DNA of 58,366 bases, the filler included, from Bipalium vagum (Eukaryota): NCBI GenBank assembly GCA_037834085.1. It is 3 parts of 3 records of this genome, joined end to end, with 100 filler letters (N's around TTAATTAATTAA, not from the genome) between each part and the next. Parts side by side here need not be neighbours in the genome. Positions count along the whole stretch, not along the records: positions 40,096 to 58,366 come from JBBMKC010034290.1; 2 more parts are not named here. The stretch is one strand, 5' to 3'. Below, piece by piece: positions 47,601 through 58,366 of this stretch; positions within the stretch are counted from its first letter, which is position 1, and the number at the start of each line of letters is the position of its first letter. Below the pieces are notes generated by a model. That model saw nothing but the letters and a program-made list of their open reading frames with translations, was not told where the DNA came from and searched no databases. A program made the position numbers and the translations under genes.

Positions 47601-50600
47601 TCAATTGCAGCCACGTGTCCTTTAGTAAATCATTAACATTCAATTGACAAAAAAAGATTTGGCAAATGGATCCTTCAACAATTTAGTGTTGAAAACTATG
47701 ATAATATATGTTAGCCTGAATCAAATTTTATTGTGCCAATACAAGAATAGTGCTTTCGTTGAAAAAATCCTTTACATCGGATGAGAAGTAGAAAAAACTG
47801 ACATGAATGAATATGGACAAAAATATATATAGAAACTAAATTGAAATATTTTTAAGTTACAATACAGTATTTAACAATATAAATATGAAAGATACAGGCT
47901 GAAATCAATTTCCAAGCCAAAATAATCGAACGTTCTACTTCAGTTCTACCGAGTATCTTGACAACTGCTTGGCTGATGTTATTTGCTTGATTACGCCATT
48001 AATTTACATTGATGTTGTTCTTTCTGTGGAATTCTTGAGCTTGCATACGGTAATGGCAAGTTGCCAAATCTGGCCAAAATAATACAGGGAAAGTATAGGA
48101 CTCAATAAATGGAAACAATCGTTTTTCTAGGCCCTCCTTAACAAAAATCTGGCTATTGATTGTTCCTTTATTCTTGACAACGCTCCATTTCATAAATCTC
48201 AACAGACTAAGTATTTAATAACTATACATAATCATTCCTATAAATACTTGCTTTCTTATACCCCTCAATTTAGTCCAATAGAGAATTTCTTTAGTAAATG
48301 GAAACAGTTCATTAGGAAACGTGAACCAACAAATGTGAATCAATTGATAGATTTGATTCATGAAGATGTGAGTATGATTATTCCAGAGGATTGCTCGGGT
48401 TATTTCAGAAAAATGATGGTGAAATGAGATATAGAATTTTATGAAAAACATTTTCAATCTTTATTTTGTTTTTCATATAAATCCGAAATTGAATTAAACG
48501 AATCCGGATTTAACCGTTGGAATGTTAATTCAAATCCAGGTTTATTTAGAATTATTAAATTTTAATTTAACAAAAAATCGGATCACAACGATAATTTAAA
48601 AAACTGACTTCATTAGCTGTAACATTGTTTTTACAAATGGAAAACATCCCACTATCACTGAACAAAGTGATATTGAACAAGTGCTTGTATTGTTGTCCAA
48701 GAGTTGTAAACAAGTTATTTCCTTCAACGATATGACTTCTGAAAGTAATGGTAAATTAAAATTACAATAACTGCAAAGGAACGAACTACCCCTTTAGTAA
48801 AGTAAGATCATAATGATTATTGTTAGAAGATCTGAAATGAACATCGGGCAAACATAGGGACCCGTTCACTGCTTTCAATCCATTTCCGCATTTGGTACAA
48901 GTAGCAGTTTCTTTTCCAGTACTGGTCTGCAACACATGGTCTTTTTCACATTGTACACATTTCTGTAGTTTGTGAGAAAAATATTTTCCTTTGCCGCAAT
49001 CCGAACATCTGTATTAAAGTTCCATGAGAACATAACGTTCCAATGACAACGTATTGTTAATTTTATAGAATTTACAGAGATGGTTATGTTATTAATTTTA
49101 CTATGATGTATGAAAATGTAATATAAAGAAAATATATTAAACTTTATAATTTTATATTATTATATTATTTTATAACTGAAAGATATCAATTTTTACTTTA
49201 AAATATTTTTCTTAAAAAGGAAGCCTCTTTTGTTGTTCTGTTAAGTGGTAATAGCTGAGCAAATATACAAAGCCCAAAAATCATATATTGCATTTATATA
49301 TAAAAGATTCAATAAAGGCTTCTATGAGAAAAAAAAGAACTTTCTAGGATCCAACAAAACCAAATGAATAATGGAACTCATTCTGATACAACGTTTTTTA
49401 AAGATTATACAACCATTAGTTAACAATGAACATAAAAAACACGTATCAAGTTTAGAAATTTGTCAGAAGCAATTTTTAAAAACCCATTTCAGTTTTTTCC
49501 GCAATGAAATGATATTTGATATTGACTGAAATGATTAAATTCAGCAAAATTTCCAATGAAAAAAGAAAAACATTAAAAAAAATTGGATCTCCTATTCTTC
49601 CAAGCTGTTCCTTCGTTACTAATTTTAGCCAGAAACAGATGACAATAAGAATATATCAGGAATGGGTACAATGAATAAAAGATCTGGCACAAAGAATGTT
49701 TGAAGTTGATAACATGTTCATTGCACGTGGATCGTGTTAAATCGAATTTTCGTTAATGATGAATTAAAATTAAGAATTGAGAATTAAATTGAACTTGGTT
49801 ATAAAAGTGTACGTCTTTAAATAACCCACGGTGAGTGAGTTTAGGAAGCAAATGGAAATTAATTGTGCTAAAAATATTAGCTTATAAAAAATACATTAAA
49901 AATAATAAAATTAAGAAAAATTCATAAATTAAAATAAATAAATAAAATCTTTAAAATAATGATTTTCTCTAATCTTTTTTCAACAAAATTCGAAATGTTT
50001 ATTATTTCAATTAAAATATTGAGATTATATTAATTACACTTTTTCTCAAACATAATAAAAAAGGTTTAGAAAAAAGGTTTAAAATTTTTGGAGAGAAAAT
50101 AAAGAATATTTATAAAATATTAAATATAATTTTCAAAATATTTATGAAATTATAAATATTTTTAAAAAAAAGTATATTAAATATTCTAATTTTAGTTTAT
50201 TAAAACAATTAATAAATTTAAATTGCTCTAAGACACCATTTTGAAATTAACCTTTATTTTTAATTCTGATTAAAATAATTTTCATTAATATTTTTAGTTT
50301 AATAGAACAAAAATTAAATAAATTGTTGAAATTAGACAGATAATGCAATACTTTATCATCTAAAATAGTAAATCTATCAACTTATATAACTTAGTTTTTT
50401 ATTAAAAGCAAAGAAATAAAAAAGTGATCATAATTTTCTTGTTTATAGTAAGAAATTTGAAAAATATTTTTTAAACGGCAATAAAAAATATATGAAGATT
50501 TTTTAAATAATTATGAAAACATGAATTTACTCTGTGCTCGGTGAATCTGGATTGCAAAATTGGCATTTCACTGCTCCAACGTTCTTCAATTTAGACATTT

Positions 50601-53600
50601 TGATGAAATAGATTTTCAAGTATCCATAAGTTTTTTCGTTTGTCGTATAATCTTTGCTACGAGTAAATAACCAAATAAAATGACCCGTCTCTTTGTGGTA
50701 AATATCATAACTTGGAAATATAAAACAAATAAAGACTAAAGTTTGATTTATTTTAATATTCTCTTACTTAAATATTTGTCTCTCTGTAGAATTTATCCAA
50801 TGATTTATTCTAACTGTTGATTTTGCTTTTTTCTGAAAATTTATAATATTAGAACTATAAAATGATTTAATCTTACTTTATTATTAATTTTATTTTTTTT
50901 AATTATTAATTTTTTCTAATTTATTATTAATTAAAAATTCATCAATCATTTCATCAAATTTCAATATATACACATTCATAATTCTTCATAATAAGATTTC
51001 ATATAAATTCCAGCCAAAATTGAATGTTGCTTGGTTTATATTTTCTAAATAACTCTTTATTAAAACATTCAAAATCATAATAGATTACAATTGGTATTTT
51101 ATTTCTAAAATAATGATTTTTAAATTCAATAAGTATTCTTTTTTTGCATAGTTTGTAATGATTTTTATTTAAACATAAATGTTCTTGATATTCTCAGTTT
51201 TATTTTGAACTAAAATTTTATGAATAAATTAATATTATTTTAGTTGCAATCTCAAAAGCATTAACTGGTACATTATTGTGTTTATTTAATTTTTTATTAT
51301 TTTTAGGAATTTTAGTACTTAAATTTAATTTATATATTTTCCATAGTTAAGAACTCTCTTTAATGGATGAAAAGTGCTAATGCACGATAAGCAAAATATT
51401 TTTCAATTATTTTCTTTATTTGCATTTACATGGTAATTTTAGATATAATGATCCAATTTATTTATAAATCATTTAAGTAGTTTTCTTATTTAATTTTCCA
51501 CCCCGATCCTACAATTTTTTTCTTTCATCAATTTATTTATCCTAATTTTTCACATTTAAATGTTTTAAGCAATCTATTCTGAATATTTAATATTTCAAAA
51601 TAATTTTTGATTTTAAATGATTTATTAAGGCTATTTTTCTTTGAAAGTATTAGCCACATGTTACACAACAGAAATTAATATTTATTTAATTACTCTTTAT
51701 TACTATTTCTTTAGAGATCTAACATCAAAAGTATGAGGTTAAATAAAGAAATTTAATTACTTTTTATTGATAAATTTTTAATTATTTTTATAGATTGAAA
51801 TTTTGGTAAGTAGATGGCCAAAACAGATTTCTGGATTAATGGATTTCAAAATTGTACACTTTAAGGTTGTGGTTTGGTTTTCGGTTAGTTTTATGATTAC
51901 ATTCATAATTTTTATTATATTTCTTAAAAATGTAAGTAACTAAGAATATTAAGTTGAGTTGGTGATCATATTTCACATTAATCATCAAAATAGTAACATT
52001 ATATAACAAGTTAAAACTAATTACAAAAAATCTATTAATTTATTTTTGTTTCTCTTCAGTTTATTTATTTATTGTGCAATTGAAAAGAAAAAAACATTTA
52101 ACAAATTATATTTTGTCAGATTTTTTATACTAAATGTCCGATTTATTAACCATTTGACAACTGATATCATTATTAACAGATTTTTTATATATGTTTGCAA
52201 TATTGGTAATTAATTATTATTTCGATTATAATTTCGTCATGTAATAGGTAAAATCTTGTTTTCTTTCTCTAAAACATGTACTATCATAATGAGATTTTCA
52301 GATTTTAATCCAACGATAACAACCATAGAATTCAATGAAGAATTGGAATCAGATATCCGATGCGAACGCGAGATAAGATACTTTTTACGAAATATTCTTT
52401 AAAAATAATTATACTAGTATGATCACTAGAAATCCCCTTGTGGTACATACGATGTTATTATGAAGTTCTTTCAAATTTAGAATTATATTTTTAACAAATA
52501 ATTAATAAAACATGAAAAATACAAAATAAAAGTATTTTTACAACTTTTTGCATTATTTATTTAAAATAATTTTATTATTTAAAATTCATTTTGTTTCATA
52601 AAACTTTCCCAAAGAAAATTGGAATATTTACGAAGACAAAGAAAATCCATTTATCTTAATACAATACCATATTCCTCGTATTTCAAATAATTTTTATATT
52701 CTTTTTTTTATATTTTTTATATTTTATTTAAAAGTCGACCATAATCTCCATATTTACTGGTATTACTAATGTATTTATGGACTTAATTAATAATAAAAAA
52801 TTAAATTTTTCATATCACTAGACGATTTATTATAATTATTTTCCTACTCATTTCATTTAATCTGCTTGGTTAATCTCCACGGAAAATTAAAAAAATATTT
52901 TTAAAAAATAGCTTCATCGAAATTAAAAAAAATTAGACATCAAATTAACAAGAATTTCTTACTAGGAACAAATGTGTAATACAATAGCCGGAACATTTCA
53001 TCTCAAATTCGAAAGAAAACTGGGACATAGGCATTTGATATGTTGTATTGGATTCCTTCATAATTTCGAAGTTAAACTGAAGTAAATTTATGTCATAGGC
53101 TGGGGATGACTGGAGGTTGTCGCCATTATAGATCCACGTTCCATTACTGTTGCAGTCTTCTTTAATTTAAAAAACAATATTCATTTTTATTTTTTAAAAA
53201 ATGATAAATATTTCTCATTAATTTACTCTTTTTAACAAATTATTTTTATATTTCTTGTATTTACTCTGAAATATTGAGCAAACTATTATTAGTGTACAGA
53301 AAAAAAAATTATTATTGTAAAAAAAATCTACAGACCTTGATGATCATCACTATACAAAGCCATTTTTTCTGCTCTCTCTTGACATTTTCAATCAAAAAAT
53401 TTAAAATTTACGAATACTATCACAAACCTTATTTAATGGCTTGTAATCTTTCTTGCATAATATTTCAATATTTCCTTAATTATGTACATTTTATTCCTCT
53501 TAATATAATCGATTTTTTGTTGATCAAGGTAATCGCAAACAATTTTTGAATAATTTAAACTAGTCATATCAGACCAGAAAATAATATCGTGATCTTGTTT

Positions 53601-55361
53601 CAGTTTGATAATATCGATTTTTGATACATTCTTCAAGATAAATTGTCTTATGTATAATATCCTAAGTGATACCTGGCAATCTTGTGAAATTGCTTTTCAT
53701 ATGAAATAATTAGCAAGAAACTTTGATTTTTGCTTAGTTTTAGCATCAATATTTATTTCGTCATCAATAAAATTGTAATTCTCACTACCTGATCTTTGAT
53801 ACGTTCTTTGTGATCTTTCATGTATTTTGTACCACATATCTTTTCCCTAGTTATAATATTCAACATTTTCTGTGCATCAGATATTGTGGACTTTGGAATT
53901 TTTAATTTACTCGATGTTGGAGGTACACGTGTGTTAGGATTGCATTTATAATTGAATATTAGTCAACACGGATAATTTTTGTTCAAACTTTTTTGAGTAA
54001 TTCACTTTTTATAGGATAACAATTATAATTATGATTTCCATGCTCTCGAAGAATTTCAGAAAATAAATACATAATATTGTAAAAACTGTTTCTTTTTACA
54101 TTTACAAAAGTTGATCCTTTTTATTCTAATTTTTTAACTTTTGACAAAAGTTTGTTCCATGACAATAAACTCAACTATCAAATGTTGATGAACAATTGAA
54201 ACATTTTAAAGCAAACGATGATAACTGTACTTTGCTGATTTATTTTTTAAAACTTGGTAAAACTTTTATTATCCAATCATATCTTAATTCATGTTTAACT
54301 TATGTAATCTTGAAAATACTAATACTAATGTCAATGAATATTAAAATTTTTCCAGAAAAATTGAAATTTATTTATTGCATAACATTTTTTATATATAAAA
54401 ATTGTTATAACTAGTTTTTAATTTAATAAAAAAATATCAAAAATAAATTATTATTAAAGTATATCTTCAATTCATTTTGAAACTTCATAATTAAAAAAAA
54501 TCTATTTATATTAATTATATCAGTTTAATTCCCAAAGCTCTCGGATAGATAACTACAGATAACTGTAATAACTGGTTCCAATTAATAAGGAAAAACTGCT
54601 CTTTAGCAATGATCAAACATAAATTTGATTAAATAAATTTTTATGCGTTTATATTTATTATTTATAATTGAAATTTTTATGTGACTATTTCAATTTATAA
54701 AATGACTTTTCAATGTAAAAATGTTATAATATTAAGATAAGTAAATTTCAGTAAATCCGATGATTTAAACAAATTTTTAAATTAAATTACTCACTTTACA
54801 AAAATTTATCGAGATTTTTGAGCAATTTTTGTTTATAATTTATACATTAACATTTTTATAAAAATATCTAATAACGATTAGAAAATCGGTAACTTAGAAA
54901 AATTTTAATAATTTTTAAAACTTTAAGTTATAAACATAATTTAATAATGAGCGTTAATTAATGTGAGATGTCCTTATTTAAACCAAATCATCCAAACTAA
55001 TTCTTCGAATCACTTCTTATAGGAACAATAAAAAAATTAACTTTCTACAATAAAAATCAAAATAAAATAATTGATTTCATATTTACTAATCAATTTAATT
55101 ACAGGTTATTGAATTATACTTATTTCCGGACAGAACTTATTACATTTATGATTTCGTATAATATTTTATCTAATAAATGTCTTGCGAAAAGGTCTTAGTT
55201 TCCAATCATTAATTGATGGAAAATATCTTATGTTTAGATGTTTTGAAGACTTAAACAAACTTATATTTCGGTTATGTTAATTGCCGATTTAAAAATTTGA
55301 AAATTTGAAAATATTAAAAATATAATAATAATTTTTAACTCATTTTTCGATTTACCTAAAG

Positions 55362-55417
<56 letters not shown>

Positions 55418-57107
55418 TTATTAAACTACTTTACTAATTATAAAAATTAGCATTTCGTTAAGAACACTTAATAAATATATTTCAAAAATTTCATTTTTAA
55501 TAAAATGTTTACTAAATTGATTTAAAGTTTCAAAAATTGTAAATAAAAATCAATAAATTCAGGAAAACATTTTAAAAATGCTGGCAAAATAATCAAGGAA
55601 AATTTTCTTTATAATTATTCATTAACACTTGCTAAAAAATTTAAAAGTAGCTTTAAAAAAAAGTTTTAATTTTAAAGAGAATTTTTTAATTATATCATTT
55701 TAAGAAATAATAAAAATTATTAAAATAAAATTACAAATTTCAATTGGATAGCTTGAAATTTAATAAACAATTTCAATGTCCTTTATTGTAATAAATAAAA
55801 ATTTTTAACATTGATACCAACATATTAAGTTTGAGAAGCTTTCAAGATTTCGAAAAATTTGTTATTAATATTTTGCAAGATTTCTTTTTTCATATATCGA
55901 TGATTCCAGCTTCCTTGCAACTTATACCACAAATGTTACAGACAAAAATCATAAATCGTTGAACATGTGGAAAAATTAATGAAACACAGAGAGTTATTTT
56001 GAATTAATTCATATTTAGAAGACAAATCAAGAATTTTGTATTTAGAAGATGATCCATTAAGAGCCAGTAGACATAACTATAGAAAGATCGAGAAGACCAG
56101 AATGTTTTAAGGTTAGACTAAGAAAAGAAAAAAATTAACAAGGCTAAAACACAAAAAGAAAATATAATAATAATTTACATAAGACCTACTTGACCTAAAA
56201 AATTATTTGATAAATTTTTGTAAAGGAATAATTTTTATTAATATAAAATCAATTTTTGGATTTCTACATTTAAAATGTGTAAATAAATATATATATTAAG
56301 AAAAATAAATAAATAAATAAGTTCCAATTTAACACCGTTTTTTACAAAATTTGAATATTTTGTTTAATATAAATTGTTAATTTTAAAATAAATAAATATT
56401 TCCATTAAACAGAAATAGAAAAAAACTTAAGTGAATTGGAAAATTGATTTTCAATAACATTTTTTCGTTTATCAGTCCCAATTATAATAATAATCGTAAT
56501 TGAAATTTTACTTTAAGGATGTTATATTCTAAGAAAATTACAACTGCAAATGTGAAATATTCTCTTTGAAAGCTCTAGGATTTTTTTTTCACATTACAAG
56601 TTAAAGTAAGAGAATGGTAAATTATTCTGATTAAAAATACCAAAATATTATAAAAAAAAATCACTGATTTCTTTCAATGGATAATTCTCTTAAATTTTTT
56701 GTTTACATTTTTAGTTCTCCAACTTGTGTCTAAAAATAAGTTAATGTTTTAGAGTTCATTAGCAATCCTAAAAAAATTAGGACTATCTTTGTTAGAGATA
56801 GTTGATAAAACTTACTTTCGATTTTTAAACACCGAAAAGAAATATGGGGCAATGGACGAGTCCATTCATTGTATTTGATTTCTGTAACTGGTTTAGTATT
56901 TGGTCCACATTTAATACACTTATCTCCCGGATTGAAAGAAGCTGTTCCCACAGAACAAAATTCACATTGTTTTGTGGACTCATTAAGATACGTTCCAGAA
57001 GGACATGAGGAACAGTTTGTCATGCTAGACTCTTTTGGTAACTGAACAGATCCTTGTTTCAATTCCGAACAAATCTTTGGTTCTATCCAATAGTAAACTT
57101 GTTTTCT
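41375..57107 (-). CDS. ELAPOR: ELAPOR/KIAA1324 (EIG121, UPF0577) family Cys-rich, MRH-domain membrane protein, partial: complement(join(41375..41614,41663..41803,43430..43524,48609..48738,48790..49008,50531..50710,50768..50832,52963..53159,56816..57107))
   Basis: Spliced product contains family motifs in the expected order: QVYYWIEPKICSE..QGSVQLP, FEFEMKCSGYC, FIWLFTR...LKIY.I, FTTLGQQYKHLFNITL, ICKNNVT, IVTLRCD...LLLPPKCPIETCDGCNFHFL..SKHACPEC...DY......CSNGIQK. All eight introns are GT-AG with consistent phases. 5' exons and the TM/cytoplasmic exons were not found. Confidence 0.95.
41663..41803 (-). CDS. ELAPOR-family exon (MRH domain)
   Basis: ccacag|T MVNEFIEVKQ...GMDLHFHMRSKR|gtaatt. 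Confidence 0.85.
42240..43322 (+). mobile_element. Decayed mariner
   Basis: HDGRSRSF HTH linker, SGDE first-D relic, and PYGQGIEHSDYHLFLAMQN third-D motif. Confidence 0.8.
43430..43524 (-). CDS. ELAPOR-family exon (MRH domain)
   Basis: ENFYDETGPMCRLTLISPKLENGTTYAMQSLR|gtgagt; phase 0-2 fits both neighbours. The listed ORF 43283..43495 is another frame. Confidence 0.8.
47326..47800 (+). mobile_element. Mariner 5' half
   Basis: IRFHILYGFKQSKTAAE...DPEQITRDFAERFNCSH...GKWI..., TSDEK. Confidence 0.85.
47930..48200 (-). mobile_element. ITmD37E-like fragment
   Basis: GTINSQIFVKEGLEKRLFPFI...VLFWPDLATCHY (ORF 47999..48202). Confidence 0.85.
48200..48440 (+). mobile_element. IS630/Tc1-like transposase C-terminal fragment
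   Basis: YKYLLSYTPQFSPIENFFSKWK, resembling LPPYSP.LNPIE..FSK.K. Confidence 0.8.
48609..48738 (-). CDS. ELAPOR-family exon (MRH domain)
   Basis: SHIVEGNNLFTTLGQQYKHLFNITLFSDSGMFSICKNNVTANE|gtcagt. Confidence 0.9.
48790..49008 (-). CDS. ELAPOR-family exon (Cys-rich)
   Basis: CSDCGKGKYF...KCVQCEKD...CTKCGNGL...SLCLPD...YDLTLLKG. Confidence 0.92.
50531..50710 (-). CDS. ELAPOR-family exon
   Basis: YDIYHKETGHFIWLFTRSKD...LKIYFIKM...GAVKCQFC|gtaaat. Confidence 0.9.
50768..50832 (-). CDS. ELAPOR-family exon
   Basis: tttcag|KKAKSTVRINHWINSTERQIF|gtaaga. Confidence 0.85.
52963..53159 (-). CDS. ELAPOR-family exon
   Basis: KDCNSNGTWIYNGD...FSFEFEMKCSGYCITHLFL|gtaaga; the acceptor could be 3 nt further in (AAGAAG). 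Confidence 0.88.
53290..54050 (-). mobile_element. ITmD37E-like relic
   Basis: FIDDE near 53760 and IIFWSDMTSLNYSKIVCDYL (ORF 53433..53636). Confidence 0.7.
55364..55415. repeat. (AAT)n microsatellite in an ELAPOR intron
   Basis: Tandem AAT run. Confidence 0.95.
56816..57107 (-). CDS. ELAPOR-family exon (Cys-rich repeats)
   Basis: tttag|AGA...GAAA|gtaagt; matches ORF 56730..57062. Confidence 0.93.
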
Positions 57108-57789
57108 CTAAAAGATGATAAAGCAGTAAAATAGTACCTCGGTAACATCAAAAGGCAAAACAAAAGATTTTTTAAATCCAATATCAGATAACATTATTTG
57201 AAATTTTTAATTAGATTTTCTTATAATGGTATAATGAGGATAATATCCAAAGATATGGACAATTTTTTTTATAATTTCTTTAAAAATCAAAAACACGAAG
57301 ATCACATGTGAAATTGATAGAAATTCCTTTCGTGAATATCAGAGAACTAATATGGTGCTTAATGCTTCTATATTTTATGCGCAACTAAAAACTCAGATAC
57401 TGATTTTTAGAAATTTAGAAAATCAAACTGTTTTGAAATAAACGAAAATGTCATAAAAATAAAAAGGAAATAAAATGACTAAAAATATTAGCTCTTCATT
57501 ATCAATAAATTCTATAAAAAGAAGGCTAGATCTGATAAAGGCTGTTTAGAAAAGGAGAATGGTAATTGATTGATAACTGAAATAAACCATTAAATTATTC
57601 AAACACATGATGTTGGGCGCATTTTATGAAATTCCTTTATAATAAGATTTAGTATCTTCTTTATATGTTTGGAGATTTTGTGATATTTATTGAAGAAAAG
57701 AGATATAAAACTGTCTGCAAAAGAGATTTTTTATATTTATTATCTTCCATACTATTTCTGACAGTGAGCTTATCGATAACATCTTTTTA

Positions 57790-58200
57790 AGGTTATAAAT
57801 ACAGGGGTTAAAATTCAATTTCGTAATAAACCAAAATGACCACTTACAAAAAAATATCTATTGGAATTTGTCCAAATATGGTTATATTATTTAATGATGG
57901 CAAAAAACAAAGTGAAATAGCACAGATTTATGCTTTATCAAAATCCACTGTTAACAGTATTATAAAGGTTTATTCTAAAGGAAAGACAATTGATAAAATA
58001 TAAAAGGTGGCTCCATCAATCTAAAACGAACAGAAGAAATAAATAACTTTATTTACAAAAGATTGACGAAAATGTGATAACATGCTTAAGTCAATGCAAA
58101 TGAGGTGCAACAATAGAAAATGCTCTCAAGAATATACATTACTCTTTTAATTTACAACAGATCATATGAAAATCACTTTGAAAAAGTTTAAAACCTTGAA
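57790..58200 (+). mobile_element. IS630/Tc1-like transposase N-terminal relic
   Basis: KQSEIAQI..LSKSTVNSIIKVY HTH, then KGG...TEEINNFI..IDEN. Confidence 0.6.
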
Positions 58201-58291
58201 CGCTTTTGCATATTGAGTTCGTCAAAAGGCACCTCCAAGTGTATTTCGGTGTGAAAAGGACCTCAAGAAGATAACAAGAGTTGGTGGTTAC

Positions 58292-58292
<1 letters not shown>

Positions 58293-58366
<74 letters not shown>
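58293..58366. repeat. (AAT)n microsatellite at window end
   Basis: Tandem AAT run. Confidence 0.98.

Overview
Very AT-rich eukaryotic (animal) genomic DNA with spliceosomal GT-AG genes and introns full of decayed transposons. Composition and gene content suggest a planarian-like flatworm, which is inference only. The window is three assembly pieces joined by identical artificial 100-nt spacers (44N-TTAATTAATTAA-44N at 17664-17763 and 39996-40095), so neighbourhoods across these joins may not be real. I reconstructed three partial genes by hand, each with phase-consistent splice sites: (1) a class B1 (secretin/PTH-receptor-type) GPCR, + strand, TM1 to ICL3, 5 exons, 1533-13178; (2) an FGFRL1/nou-darake-type Ig receptor, - strand, signal peptide to the first half of Ig3, 6 coding exons, 36111-19674; (3) an ELAPOR/KIAA1324 (EIG121)-family gene, - strand, 9 internal exons, 57107-41375. 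All three lack their 3' exons, which would fall at or beyond a spacer. The rest is relics of mariner, Tc1, ITmD37E-like, rosa-like, pogo/Tigger and Penelope elements, plus (AAT)n microsatellites. Best second-look items: unusual cysteine patterns in the FGFRL protein, an apparent solo LTR nested inverted in a related LTR just upstream of that gene, and candidate antisense exons interleaved with the GPCR. I found no convincing novel multi-gene system. Most ORFs in the supplied track are spurious or are transposon fragments. Family comparisons are from memory; no searches were run.
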